Virus record (IMG/VR): IMGVR_UViG_3300045988_159051
DNA length: 64,000 bases
Strand: one strand, 5' to 3'
DNA from: a virus
The position numbers were made by a program, and so were the translations under genes. The notes beneath the pieces are model-generated. The model worked only from the letters and a program-made list of their open reading frames with translations, searched no databases and was not told the origin of the DNA. This document shows, one piece after another, positions 41,338 to 52,525 of the stretch; position 1 is the first letter of the stretch; each line of letters starts with the position of its first letter.

Positions 41338-42375
41338 TTAATATTGTACTTTACCATACACATCTTCATAGGCTCTTTGTGTTTCATAAGCTGTTAGATT
41401 ATATTGATTTTCTTTTAAGAAACTTAATATTTCTGTTTGAGACCAATTATCTTTTATATCATGCATTTTAGATATTACCCCACTTCTATATATATTAACT
41501 CCTAATATTTGAATGTTTAACACACTTGATAAACCTTTTAATCTAGTTTGTAATCCCTGGAAGGACATAAAACCTATCCCATGATTATTTGTTACTGTAG
41601 GCTTTACTTTTAATACATATTCACTATCCATATTAAATTTATAATAGCTATTTATATCATATTGCCCAGATCTATTTAATTTATAATAATAGCATCCAAA
41701 TTCTTTGTCTGTTATATCTCTTAAAATGTCTTCTAAATACTCATCCATTTTAATAATTTTACCAGATGGTAAAGATATTTCTTTTGTTTCAAAGTTAATA
41801 TCTTTTACTTTAAGTTTTACTAGATCTTCATATTTATTACCTCTTATTCCACTAAATAATGCATATACAATAAATCTATCTTGAGCATTGACTAAGGAGT
41901 CGCATATATCAATTATTTCTTGCTTTGTAAATAAATCTGTTTTCTTTTCAAGTATTTTGTCTGGGAAGTCCTTTGTGCTAATCAACAAATCATCTCTATC
42001 TAAATAAGACATAACTTCATTAATATAATTCAAATTAGTATATAATCCATAGTAACTGCTGTTACAAATTTTACTAGAAAGTTTAATTAATTCAAGACTT
42101 TTTAATTTACTATTTCTATAATCTTCTTCTTTTAACTCTACGCCCTCTTTACATAACTCTATTAAAAAGTTTTTTTTCCAATTTTCTAATTTAATATTAG
42201 TAGCACTCTCCCAAAGTTCTATTTTTTTAAATGCATTCATTAACCCTTGTTTCTTAGAATATATATAGTTCATATCGTCAATATATTTTTCAAAGTCATT
42301 TATTGTTTTCTTCATTTCCCTTAACATCTCCTTTAAATAATTTAACTTATATTTAATTATATACATATTATACAA
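41338..42375 (-). CDS. hypothetical protein (possible divergent tyrosine-recombinase-like domain)
   Basis: LFSGIRGNKYEDLVKLKVKDINFETKEISL resembles the recombinase box I region, but the downstream catalytic residues are not clear. Confidence 0.25.
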   Translation of the reverse strand: MYNMYIIKYKLNYLKEMLREMKKTINDFEKYIDDMNYIYSKKQGLMNAFKKIELWESATNIKLENWKKNFLIELCKEGVELKEEDYRNSKLKSLELIKLSSKICNSSYYGLYTNLNYINEVMSYLDRDDLLISTKDFPDKILEKKTDLFTKQEIIDICDSLVNAQDRFIVYALFSGIRGNKYEDLVKLKVKDINFETKEISLPSGKIIKMDEYLEDILRDITDKEFGCYYYKLNRSGQYDINSYYKFNMDSEYVLKVKPTVTNNHGIGFMSFQGLQTRLKGLSSVLNIQILGVNIYRSGVISKMHDIKDNWSQTEILSFLKENQYNLTAYETQRAYEDVYGKVQY

Positions 42376-42509
42376 ATAATATTCCAGTATATATGAAATA
42401 TTATAAAAATTATTATATCATAATATGACATTAAATACAAAATTAAAAAGATGTATGATATAATAAATACATTTGAAATAAAAAAATAGATAAGAAAATC
42501 TTATCTATT

Positions 42510-43196
42510 TTAATATAATATTAAGTTTTTATCTAATATGTTGCTATCTGCTCTAGCCATATACATAGCACTAAAATAATTATGTTTATTTCCTGATGTG
42601 GATATTCCGAATCCTACTTTTCTATTGTTTTCACTTCCATAACATTCTGTTGCACTCTTTCTCATTTTTTTCATATTTAACATTTTTGCTTTTTTATCTA
42701 GTATAGATAATTTGTGCTCAAATACATTAACATTTAAATTATCTTTCTCTGAATTGCATTCCTCACATGCTAGAACTAAATTACATTCTTTATCCCAAGC
42801 TAACTTCCATAAGTTTTTATTATCTCTTACTTTTCTTTTTCCTCCAAAACTAGATAATGGTTGAATGTGATCTACTGTACAACTATCTTTATGTATTTTC
42901 TTCCCACAATAATGACAATATCCATATCCACTTTTACTTGTATTTTCATTTTTAAAATCTCTTATTATCTTTTTTTCAGCTTTTGCAACATTTGCTTCTT
43001 GTTTAGAGTAGTATATATTGCCATTATCTATTAATATATCTTTATTTTTAAATCTTACTAAACTTTTTAATTTACCTTTGTTGATTAGTTCTACTTCCTC
43101 AATATTATTTTTTTTAATTATAAACATACTTAAACACCCCTTTTGATTTATATTATATCTTAATATAATTGTAGTTAAATTTGTATAGTATGTCAA
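42510..43196 (-). CDS. HNH endonuclease
   Basis: It has CHYCGKKIHKDSCTVDHIQPLS...NLVLACEECNSEKDN. Confidence 0.6.
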   Translation of the reverse strand: MTYYTNLTTIILRYNINQKGCLSMFIIKKNNIEEVELINKGKLKSLVRFKNKDILIDNGNIYYSKQEANVAKAEKKIIRDFKNENTSKSGYGYCHYCGKKIHKDSCTVDHIQPLSSFGGKRKVRDNKNLWKLAWDKECNLVLACEECNSEKDNLNVNVFEHKLSILDKKAKMLNMKKMRKSATECYGSENNRKVGFGISTSGNKHNYFSAMYMARADSNILDKNLILY

Positions 43197-43244
43197 CTGA
43201 AAAAGACATAGAAATTAATCTATGTCTTTAAAATTACTCTTTTA

Positions 43245-43481
43245 TTAATACAATTGGTTCTCCAGATTACTTATTTGTCTCTCTGCGTAATATATATTAC
43301 TCTTATATTCATCAGCGACTTCTTTTAATCTGTCTATTTCATCTTTACAATCTTCAAAATAGTTATACTTTGCATATTCATATTCTGCATAAGCATTTCT
43401 ATATTTATACTCCTCATCTCTAAGTTTATCTTTCCAATAATCAATTTTTCTAATTATTGCATCTTTTTCGTAATCTCTCAT
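43245..43481 (-). CDS. hypothetical protein
   Basis: A 78-aa ORF. Confidence 0.3.
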   Translation of the reverse strand: MRDYEKDAIIRKIDYWKDKLRDEEYKYRNAYAEYEYAKYNYFEDCKDEIDRLKEVADEYKSNIYYAERQISNLENQLY

Positions 43482-43537
43482 ATAAATACCTCCTTTAAAT
43501 TTAACAATTAAAACTGTGATTTTATATTTATCTATTA

Positions 43538-43795
43538 TTAATCAATAATATCATCTGTATAAATTCCTAAATAATTATCAGCAACAAAATTAATAATGTC
43601 ATCATTTACATCATCTATTTTAAAGTCCGCTTTTGCTATAGACATAAATGTTATATCTTCTAATGTCCTACATATAAATCCTATTGAATATACTTGTCTT
43701 TTTGATAGACAATCTTTTACTTTTCTTTCTATATATTTAAATTCTTTTGCATTTTCAAAATTGAAGTCCATGTTATACCTCCAGCTAAATATCAT
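43538..43795 (-). CDS. hypothetical protein
   Basis: An 85-aa ORF. Confidence 0.3.
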   Translation of the reverse strand: MIFSWRYNMDFNFENAKEFKYIERKVKDCLSKRQVYSIGFICRTLEDITFMSIAKADFKIDDVNDDIINFVADNYLGIYTDDIID

Positions 43796-43827
43796 TTATA
43801 ATTACTCCTAATTATTTTTATCTATTT

Positions 43828-44037
43828 TTATAAATCTAAATCATCAAGTTCAACATATTTATCTTCTTCTCTGGTATACTCTCCTATGAAGATTTTTAAT
43901 TTTTCTGCTTCAGATTCTAAATGATTTATTTTGCTAGTTATATCTTCATAACTAAACCATTCATAACATAGTTTTAAACCTTCTATAGCACTTTCTATCT
44001 TAGAAATCTTATCTCTGAAATATGATTCTTTGTTCAT
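43828..44037 (-). CDS. hypothetical protein
   Basis: A 69-aa ORF. Confidence 0.3.
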   Translation of the reverse strand: MNKESYFRDKISKIESAIEGLKLCYEWFSYEDITSKINHLESEAEKLKIFIGEYTREEDKYVELDDLDL

Positions 44038-44243
44038 ACTAACTATTCTCCTTTTTTATTTAATTTTATATTTTAATTATATCACTATAAAATATATTTG
44101 TCAATTATTTTTTATAACTTTTATATCTTTTACAAAATATCTCTATACTTTCACATACACTTTTTATCTTGCACTCATTCTTACAGTCTTGACAAGTTTT
44201 ACTGATATGTAAAACCTGTCCATAATATTCAACTTCATCAAAT

Positions 44244-44720
44244 TTAATTTGCATTTTCTTTATTCTCCATTATCATATTATTTATTTCTGCTTCATTTTC
44301 TGCTTTTGTTTTCTTACCTACTCTACCCTTTTTAGAACATGCACATCTTTGTCCCCTTGTGAAAAATCTCATAGTTGATGTTTTAAATGGTGCTCTTTCA
44401 CATGATTTATGATTTACTATAAACTCTGTACTATCAATTAATTCTATTAATTCATACGTTCCATATGTTGCATCTGATATTCTTTTTGCTAATTCATCAA
44501 AAGTTAGTCTTGGTCTGCCTTTAGCATGTTGGCATTTGCATTTAGTTTTTCCTAACTTAAATGTTGAAAATCTTGATACGGGTTTTTCTAAACCACATTT
44601 ATGTTTTAATAAACATGGTTTATGGCCACCGTTATATTCTAAGATTTCCCATTCTCCTTCTCCATAGATATTATCTATTGTATTTTGTGCTTCTTCTTTT
44701 AACATTTTCTTTTTTAACAT
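44244..44720 (-). CDS. Cys-rich zinc-finger protein
   Basis: It has several CxC/CxxC pairs (CLLKHKCGL, CKCQHAKG, CACSKKG) and is immediately downstream of the integrase. Confidence 0.35.
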   Translation of the reverse strand: MLKKKMLKEEAQNTIDNIYGEGEWEILEYNGGHKPCLLKHKCGLEKPVSRFSTFKLGKTKCKCQHAKGRPRLTFDELAKRISDATYGTYELIELIDSTEFIVNHKSCERAPFKTSTMRFFTRGQRCACSKKGRVGKKTKAENEAEINNMIMENKENAN

Positions 44721-44744
44721 TTATTTTGCCTTCTTTCTATTTTT

Positions 44745-45680
44745 CTATGCAAATATAGGGTTATTATTAGCTCTATTAATAGATTCTATTGCCTGGTGAA
44801 CATATATACCAGTTGTTATTTCTAAGTTTGCGTGACCCATTTGTTGTGAGACATACAATGGATCTTGCCCACCAGCTATTTGTTGTGTACCATAAGTATG
44901 TCTAAGTCCATGTGGGTTAATCTTTTCTCCTGTTGCCTTAGCTGATACTTTAGTAACTATATCTCTTATGGTATTTACATGTATAGGATTGTTTTTTCTA
45001 CTTATAAATAAAAAGTTACTTTGATTTTTATGTTCTTTTCTTAGCTTCAAGTATTCTACATACGCGTCTATAACTGTTTGAGGAACATCTACAACTCTAG
45101 ATTTTTTAAACTTAGCTATATCTTTTGTTATATATATTCTGTTTTCTTCTATATTGATATGTTTATATTCTAGTTTACTTAATTCTGATATTCTTAATCC
45201 ACATCCAAGAAATAGTTTTATTATGATTTCATTTCTGGCGTTTTCATATGCTGTAAGTTTTTTATCATCTTTTTGTTCGACTAATTTTACTACGTTTTTC
45301 GCTTCATCCATATATAAAAACTTTTTCTTATCATTTGTATCTTCATCTGTTATAAATCTAGGTATACCAGTTACAACATTTACTAAGTCATATAAATCAC
45401 CTATAAGGAATTTATAAAACATACTTAATGCTGTAAGCCTTTGATTAAGTGAAGCTGCTGATAATCCTTCTTGTTGTACTACATTTATCCATTTTTTTAA
45501 TATATGTCTTGCTCTGATATTTGCCATATCAGATATTTTACCATCATTCTCAAACATATATTTATTAAATTCATTTAAGGCTATTTCATATTGTGTAATA
45601 GTTAAGTCTGATCTTTTAGAAACTAATTTTAAATCATCTAAGAATTCTGTTATCATTTCCTTCACTGTAGCATCTTGCAT
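44745..45680 (-). CDS. Tyrosine site-specific recombinase/integrase (XerC/D-like)
   Basis: GLRISELSKL carries the box I Arg. HGLRHTYGTQQ...GHANLEITTGIYVHQ carries the HxxR and Tyr. Confidence 0.75.
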   Translation of the reverse strand: MQDATVKEMITEFLDDLKLVSKRSDLTITQYEIALNEFNKYMFENDGKISDMANIRARHILKKWINVVQQEGLSAASLNQRLTALSMFYKFLIGDLYDLVNVVTGIPRFITDEDTNDKKKFLYMDEAKNVVKLVEQKDDKKLTAYENARNEIIIKLFLGCGLRISELSKLEYKHINIEENRIYITKDIAKFKKSRVVDVPQTVIDAYVEYLKLRKEHKNQSNFLFISRKNNPIHVNTIRDIVTKVSAKATGEKINPHGLRHTYGTQQIAGGQDPLYVSQQMGHANLEITTGIYVHQAIESINRANNNPIFA

Positions 45681-45799
45681 ATATAAAACCTCCTTTATAT
45701 TTATTATAATATTATTGTAATCTTTTATATATTATATGTCAAGTATATTTTATAACTTTTATATAAACTTTTTCTCATCATCTACAACTACTATAATAA

Positions 45800-46080
45800 T
45801 TTTGTCATCATTTACACCTATAAAGTTTTATGTTTATTACATATAGAATTTCTGTATCATTTACACATATAGAAAATTCCTCATCATTCATACCTATAAA
45901 CTTTTCTGCATCATTTTGACTGATTGTATGTATATAATATTTTCACCATCATTCACACCTATAGCGTTTTTCTCATCATTTTCACGCATATAATAAATTA
46001 CTCATCATTTACACATATGAAGATTTCACTATCATTTAGACTATAATATTTTTGTCATCATTTACATCTGTAGAGTATTT
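45800..46080. repeat. Iteron array: eight to nine direct repeats of TCATCATTTACAC(C/A)TATA at 30-40 bp spacing
   Basis: The repeats are at about 45801, 45851, 45881, 45941, 45971, 46001, 46029 and 46051. The array is adjacent to the integrase gene. Confidence 0.7.
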
Positions 46081-47171
46081 AATATTAATGCTTTCAGTAC
46101 CAATGATCTTAATGTTATAATCTAAGACGTTGAAATATTTAATAAGTAGATTATATATCTTGAATTATATTTTAGAGTATATATTATGTATATATTTGTG
46201 TTTATGTGATATGAATTTTATTAAATTTAATAAGGTTATATATTACATGCTACATATAAATTAATTAAAATATAATCACTCTGGTGATATAGATAACATC
46301 TATTATATATAATTTATATTGTTCAATTCATGCTTATCTAAGTATGTTATATTATACAAAATATATCAAAATATATCAAAATTTCCGCGTAGAAAATATT
46401 AATAAAATTTAAAAAGAATATAATTAACTTTATAGTTTACATAATTTTATTAAATTAATACATAATATTATATATATTCAATGTCCAAGTTAAAACGTAT
46501 TAGAATAAGTCCAAAGTAGTATTTATATACTGATTGATAATATATAAAGATATGATTATATAAGGCTTTACAATAGTATATATAAGTCTAGGATATTATT
46601 CTAAGATTATTAAATAATATAATATTAAATATTAGCTATAAAATATATTTGTATTCATATGTTATATGTAAATAAATGGCTTCTTACTAACGTATACTTG
46701 TCTATATGATATAACTATTCATATAGTATATAAAATATCTTAGATTTGATTTTAAAGCTTATACAACTATGTCATAAGTACGTATCATAATATTATATGC
46801 TGATATAGTAAAATATTACAAAGAATATTATGCTGTATCCCCTATGAAATAATATATATGATATATATAAATAAATTAAATACATATTCAATCAGGATAT
46901 CTGCCTTGTGCGGTCTCCCCTGGTTATATAGATATATAGTGTATATAAAAAGAAGGTCGGCGAATTAAAAGCTAAAGCTTGTCCAACGTGTTTTTGGTCT
47001 AATTCAATCAGGATCAATAGAATAGCAGTATATAAATAAAAAGCAATGCAAGGATAAATAAGCAGCTCCAGCTAAAAATAAAAAGCTTGTCCCTTTATGA
47101 ATTTAGCAGCTCCAGGAGTAGAAAAAATCAATAAAATATGCATTTTATTAGCTATTTAAAGCAAAATAAAA

Positions 47172-47191
47172 AGGGCTTTGCAGCCCTTTAA
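47172..47191 (-). terminator. Rho-independent terminator hairpin AAAGGGCTTTGCAGCCCTTT
   Basis: A GC stem flanked by a T-run on the minus strand. It belongs to a family of GGGC...GCCC hairpins also at 47452, 48250 and 52005. Confidence 0.5.
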
Positions 47192-47478
47192 TTATTATAT
47201 TCAACTTTTAATATATATTCTATGTGATTTGAAATATCTTTTATAGTTTTAAGATTAGTTTTACAATCAATTAATATAACTTCTTCAGCCGCTAAAGTAT
47301 CTGGCAATATTAAGTCTACTTTTAAATTTTTAAACTTAGTATTATAAATAATTCCCATTAGATAATCATTCCCCATTCTTTTAAATTCTCTAGCTACTTG
47401 ATTTATTTTATTTTTACTTATCATTTTAAACCTCCTATTAGAATTAAATATTAGGGCTTTACAACCCTTTAAAATCAT
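47188..47478 (-). CDS. hypothetical protein
   Basis: A 96-aa ORF bracketed by two hairpin terminators. Confidence 0.3.
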   Translation of the reverse strand: MILKGCKALIFNSNRRFKMISKNKINQVAREFKRMGNDYLMGIIYNTKFKNLKVDLILPDTLAAEEVILIDCKTNLKTIKDISNHIEYILKVEYNN

Positions 47479-47489
47479 TCTTAATATAT

Positions 47490-48212
47490 TTATATACCGT
47501 ATTCCATAAAATGGCTAAAACTGTCTTCTTCGGTTTCTATTCCTACCTCCTGGTTCATTAAGTTATATATTTCTTCGCCGTATTCCTGTATTAAACCTTC
47601 TTTATATTCTAAATATCTATTATAATCTTCTTCAGTATAACCGTTTTGTGGCTGCTCCTGGCTTTCTTCTGCTTCTTCTGTTGCTGGTTCTTCTATAACT
47701 TCATTTTTTATAGTATTGTTATTTGTTTCCTTTTTTACAACATTTACTACTTTTTTATTTTCTTGAGTTGCTGCAATAGGTTTTATATTTTCTTTTTCTG
47801 CTTCTACTGGTGTATATGCTAAAATATCATTTTTAAATATATCATTTTGATTAACTTCAGATTCTAACATATTATATTTATTAATCATATATGTTTTAAT
47901 AATATTGATTAACTCTATTTGATTACTAGCTTGTATTTCATAATCTCCGCATTCTGCTGTATAAAATTCATAAATGTTTTTATCGTGGTTTATTACTACA
48001 TAACTATTATCATTGAATTCTATTATATTATTATTTGATTTATTTACATATGTATTTACTATTTTGAATTCTTTTTCTACTGCTGCAGCTTGTACAACTT
48101 CTTTACTATTTATACTTTTAATTTGATTTTCTAATTTATTTGTTTTATTGTTTGCTATTGCTAAAGCTCCACAAAATAATATTATAGTTATTGTATATAT
48201 TAATTTTTTCAT
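47490..48212 (-). CDS. secreted or lipoprotein-like protein
   Basis: It has an N-terminal signal peptide MKKLIYTITIILFCGALAIA and an acidic C-terminal region. Confidence 0.4.
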   Translation of the reverse strand: MKKLIYTITIILFCGALAIANNKTNKLENQIKSINSKEVVQAAAVEKEFKIVNTYVNKSNNNIIEFNDNSYVVINHDKNIYEFYTAECGDYEIQASNQIELINIIKTYMINKYNMLESEVNQNDIFKNDILAYTPVEAEKENIKPIAATQENKKVVNVVKKETNNNTIKNEVIEEPATEEAEESQEQPQNGYTEEDYNRYLEYKEGLIQEYGEEIYNLMNQEVGIETEEDSFSHFMEYGI

Positions 48213-48283
48213 TTTTTAAATTCTCCTTTAATTTTTATAATACGTTTATAGGCGTTTAAAGGTACGCCTGAACCTTTTTAATA

Positions 48284-49513
48284 TTAGCTAACTGATTTAA
48301 TATAATTATAAGCATTAGTAAAAAATTCATTTTTTATAATATCATTTTTCTGCAATATATCTTCGGTTGCTAAAAGATCGGTTAAATAATTATTAAAATC
48401 TTTTTTACCTGCATAATAAGCTTTTATATTTTTATTTGCTGCGTATAGCTTGTTAATATGTTTTTTAAAATCTTCTTTTGTTTTCTTTTTCTCTTGGTAC
48501 TCAAATAATAATTGTAAAAATCTTTCCTTCCCTTGTTCCTTGTCTCCTGGTGCTTTTGTATTCCATAAATTTATTAAATCTATCCTTTCCTTTTCTTGTT
48601 CTTTTGTTAAAGTTATATAATTATTGTTTTCTTTTATTTGCTGCTCTTGTTCTGTTTGTTCTGCGTCTTGAATATTTTCTAATATATCTATAAAATATTT
48701 TTCTAACTGTAACATATAAGTATTATTTTTATCTACTTCGGTGCTCCATCTTTTAAGCTCTTTTATTAATTTTTCTTTAGTTCCTTTCATATCTACATAG
48801 TCAAGTTTATTTATAAAATAAAAATTACCTTCTTTGCATAGTGTTTTATTATCATATTTTGCAATTATTTCTACTTTGTTTTTATTATCATTATCATTAT
48901 AAAATTCTTCTTTTATTGGTTTTACTTCTTCAATTTCTTTGTCTGTAAATAATATTATTTTGTTTACATGGTCAATTTTATAATCGTATTTTCTAACGTG
49001 GTCATAATAGCCGCTTGGATAATCTTTACCAGGTTTTACGCTCATAAAAGTATTATCTTTATATATAAAATATTTTGTGTATTCTTCTATCATTTTATTA
49101 TTAATTCTTTTATGTGTAAAATTTAAAGCTCCTGAGTTATATTTTTTTAATTCTTCTTTTTGGTATTCCTCATGTCCTTCTATATCACTATTAAATATCG
49201 GTCTTAATTCTTTTTTATTAGTTTTATTATCAATAGATAAAACATTTATTTTATTTTCTTTTGTAGCTGCTTGAACTGTTGAATTATCAATAGTTTTATA
49301 TATTTTTTCCTCTTCTTTTTTTGCTAGTATATAAGTATAATTACATCTATATTCAAAATTAAATTTGCATCTTTTTAAATATGTTTTTATCTTTTTAGCG
49401 TTTTCGCTTCCTATGTCCTGAACTTTTATAAATATTATTTCCTCACCTAACATATTTTTTTGAACCTCGAAACCAAAATTATTTTTATTTAACCAATTTT
49501 TTAAATTTTTCAT
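48284..49513 (-). CDS. hypothetical protein
   Basis: A 409-aa lysine/glutamate-rich ORF. Confidence 0.35.
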   Translation of the reverse strand: MKNLKNWLNKNNFGFEVQKNMLGEEIIFIKVQDIGSENAKKIKTYLKRCKFNFEYRCNYTYILAKKEEEKIYKTIDNSTVQAATKENKINVLSIDNKTNKKELRPIFNSDIEGHEEYQKEELKKYNSGALNFTHKRINNKMIEEYTKYFIYKDNTFMSVKPGKDYPSGYYDHVRKYDYKIDHVNKIILFTDKEIEEVKPIKEEFYNDNDNKNKVEIIAKYDNKTLCKEGNFYFINKLDYVDMKGTKEKLIKELKRWSTEVDKNNTYMLQLEKYFIDILENIQDAEQTEQEQQIKENNNYITLTKEQEKERIDLINLWNTKAPGDKEQGKERFLQLLFEYQEKKKTKEDFKKHINKLYAANKNIKAYYAGKKDFNNYLTDLLATEDILQKNDIIKNEFFTNAYNYIKSVS

Positions 49514-49796
49514 TTTTTAACCCTCCAAAATATTTTTATTTGTATAATATGTTAAATTATTTTTTTAAAAATTATACTATTTTCCCGTCCTGTATTTTAA
49601 AATATAATCCCTTTTTCTTCTCTTCTATTGCTTCTGCTATAGTTATATTTTTTATATTTTTTAATAACATTTTTTATCCTCCTTATTTGATTATATTTAT
49701 ATTATAAATCTATTTTTATAAAATGTCAAACACTTTTTATAACTTTTTAAAAATTGGAATGTGAGTTTTTAAAGGCAAACTCACTTAGAAACCTTT

Positions 49797-50051
49797 TTAC
49801 ATGTGCTTAAGCTCTGTTAAACATTTATTTGTAAGATCCTCATCGCCTAATATATCAATTATAAAATCGTTTATATCCTTATGTGGTGCAACTTCTAAAA
49901 GTACACTAATTATTATATCTTTAGCAAATTTATACATATATACATTTTCATTTATTATTGTTGTAACTGTGCTGTTATTATAATTTATTACCGCTACATA
50001 TTCACCAACTGAAAAATCATTAATTACTTTTGTTATTATCATTTGACGCAT
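49797..50051 (-). CDS. hypothetical protein
   Basis: An 84-aa ORF. Confidence 0.3.
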   Translation of the reverse strand: MRQMIITKVINDFSVGEYVAVINYNNSTVTTIINENVYMYKFAKDIIISVLLEVAPHKDINDFIIDILGDEDLTNKCLTELKHM

Positions 50052-50075
50052 CCTATTATAATTAAAATACTTATT

Positions 50076-50354
50076 TTATATATTATCTATAGATAATACT
50101 TTTAATATAAAGCTTTCTTCTGCTTCGTCACTTCCATTATTGTAAACTATTTCAAAATTGACTCTTATTTCTGCTTCATTGCTTTCTGTATTAGTATAAA
50201 TAGCTTCTAAATCGTTTTTTATATCTTCTATTATATTATCATCGAATAAACTATAAAAGTTATTTGATGATAATATATTATCTAAGTCTCTAAAATCTAA
50301 TTCTTTGCCTAATAACTCACTTTTTAAATTCTCTAACATTTTTACAACCTCCAA
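50076..50354 (-). CDS. hypothetical protein
   Basis: A 92-aa acidic ORF. Confidence 0.3.
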   Translation of the reverse strand: MEVVKMLENLKSELLGKELDFRDLDNILSSNNFYSLFDDNIIEDIKNDLEAIYTNTESNEAEIRVNFEIVYNNGSDEAEESFILKVLSIDNI

Positions 50355-50494
50355 TTATTTTATTATTTATTATACTTAAATAATATATTATATTGATCAA
50401 TTTGTCAAGTACTTTTTATAACTTTACATAAATTATATTTTAATACTCTATAGTATCAATTAAATATTTAATAAATCGAAAAAATTTAATTTCC

Positions 50495-50830
50495 TTAAAT
50501 AAAAAATTTATCATAATAATAATACTTATCTTTTGCATTAATAAATTTATCTTTATCAATCTTAAAACCTACATAATGCGTGTTTGCACTCGCTCCAAAT
50601 AGATAATATTCGTTTTTATATTCAACTAATAATAGCTCACATGTACCATTTTCGCAATTTGATTCCTTGCTAAAGTGCTCAGTAACATTTAACTTTTTAT
50701 AATTAAGTATATAGAATATATCCTTTTCAAAAATATTACTTAATTTTTTATCTTTTCTTATCATTTTTAACAACTCCTTTAATTTTTTATTTCTTAAGTT
50801 AATTATATAACTTTTAATTTTATATGTCAA
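50495..50830 (-). CDS. hypothetical protein
   Basis: A 111-aa ORF. Confidence 0.3.
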   Translation of the reverse strand: MTYKIKSYIINLRNKKLKELLKMIRKDKKLSNIFEKDIFYILNYKKLNVTEHFSKESNCENGTCELLLVEYKNEYYLFGASANTHYVGFKIDKDKFINAKDKYYYYDKFFI

Positions 50831-50857
50831 TTATATTTTATAACTTTCTTTAAAAAG

Positions 50858-51217
50858 TTATATAAAGATATGTTTTATTCCAGAATTTATTTCAATAAAT
50901 TTTATTAAACTTTTAAAATGCGGTTGACCGTCTTTTCTAACTTTAACCCCCATTTTAGAACATTTATGTTTAAATTGTTTTTTATCTTCAACATCGCAAA
51001 GTGGATCGATTAAATTTATCATATCTAATAAAAATCCAAACGCATCATAATACACATCCTCTTTAGTTTCTACGTGTATTTCTATATTTTTATTTTTTAA
51101 AAAATCAAAAGAATCCTCGTTGATATTTTTTATATTTCTTAATTCATTTATAATACTTTTATTATAATCTCCAAATATTACTATTACCTCATCTAAATTT
51201 TTCATTCCCTTTAACAC
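50858..51217 (-). CDS. hypothetical protein
   Basis: A 119-aa ORF. Confidence 0.3.
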   Translation of the reverse strand: MLKGMKNLDEVIVIFGDYNKSIINELRNIKNINEDSFDFLKNKNIEIHVETKEDVYYDAFGFLLDMINLIDPLCDVEDKKQFKHKCSKMGVKVRKDGQPHFKSLIKFIEINSGIKHIFI

Positions 51218-51571
51218 CTCCTTTTTATTTATTATTTATACTTATATATTAATACTATTATTATATATTGTCAAGTATATTTTATAACTTTATATCAATA
51301 TTATATTCATAAAGTTATAAAATATACCTTAAAATGTTACTTTTATTGTATTTATTCCATATTGTTGTTAATTTCAAAAGCTGCTAAACGATAAGCTTCA
51401 GCTTTTGCTTGTGCTATTGCTGCCGCTGCTGTGTCGTTTGTTCTTTGTGCTTGTTTTTCATATTCAAAAGCTAATAACTCAAAGTATTTAATAGGTTCTT
51501 TTTAGTTCTTAATATTTTATTTTTCATTTTATACCCTCCTATTATTTACCCTTTAAAATCATTATTTTATA

Positions 51572-51976
51572 TTAATTTGGTATCGCTCCGCCTGATATGT
51601 CATACGGGTTTTCATTCTGTTTGCTTTGTATTAATCTAAGATCTAAAAATCTTTTATTGTACCATAGTTCGTTAGCTGCTTGAATTTCTGGCGTGATCTT
51701 ATAATTTACTCTAAATTGAACCGAATTCGTAAAATCTGTAATAATTTCATAATTTAAAATTTCTGTGCCTGGTTCGTGTAATAAGTCATTTATATTATTT
51801 ATAATATATTCTTTTAAAAGGTTTTTACCGTCTTTATTTTCATTTAATTCAAATAATTTAATTTTATATATGTTTGTTAAATCTTTTACTTGTGCGTTTG
51901 CTTCTGCTACTGTGTTAAAATTTATTATTGTAAATTGATTACTATTTTTATAAACTAATAATGTATATTTTTTCAT
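51572..51976 (-). CDS. hypothetical protein
   Basis: A 134-aa ORF followed by a GGGC hairpin at about 52005. Confidence 0.3.
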   Translation of the reverse strand: MKKYTLLVYKNSNQFTIINFNTVAEANAQVKDLTNIYKIKLFELNENKDGKNLLKEYIINNINDLLHEPGTEILNYEIITDFTNSVQFRVNYKITPEIQAANELWYNKRFLDLRLIQSKQNENPYDISGGAIPN

Positions 51977-52039
51977 TTCTATTATATCCCCTTTATATTT
52001 TATTAAGGGCTTTAAAGGTAGCCCCTTAACCTGATTTTA

Positions 52040-52525
52040 TTAATAATTATCATTATAAAAATTTATTGTTCTTTGTTTTTCTGCTGCATATAGTTCTTGT
52101 GTGTCTGATATAGAGAAATTTAAATCCCCTTCAGTATAATCTACTATTAATTTTAAATCATCACTGTATAAACTTATATTATATCCTCCGTCATATATTG
52201 TATTTAGATTAAATTCTTTTTTTATATTATATATAGTATTTTCATTATTTGTAAAACCTCTATATAATGTTTTAAATTCTCTTTTTTCTTCAGTTTGACA
52301 ATAATAATTTATAACTTTTTTAAGCTGATCATTATCTGTATTTATTGTAAATGGTATTATTTCGTATTGGTCAAGTATTGCATCATATTCTTGTGAAATT
52401 CTTTTTCTTTGTGCTTCATAATCTGCCGCTTTAGAATCTAATTTAAAACATTTTTTCCAGTAGTTATCCGCCTCTTTTTGTGCTATTTTATTATATTGTT
52501 CGTTAGTAACTAATATTTTTTTCAT
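52040..52525 (-). CDS. hypothetical protein
   Basis: A 161-aa ORF with a promoter element at about 52575-52610. Confidence 0.3.
   Translation of the reverse strand: MKKILVTNEQYNKIAQKEADNYWKKCFKLDSKAADYEAQRKRISQEYDAILDQYEIIPFTINTDNDQLKKVINYYCQTEEKREFKTLYRGFTNNENTIYNIKKEFNLNTIYDGGYNISLYSDDLKLIVDYTEGDLNFSISDTQELYAAEKQRTINFYNDNY

Noticed and set aside
45790-46085. Possible CRISPR array
   Set aside because: The repeats are short (about 18 bp), imperfect and irregularly spaced, with no uniform spacers or leader. This is consistent with protein-binding iterons, not CRISPR.
51357-51530. A small minus-strand gene beginning at a GGAGGG RBS with Ala-rich downstream frame
   Set aside because: The reading frame breaks after about 19 codons and continues in another frame. 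It is either a frameshifted relic or non-coding, and is too uncertain to annotate.
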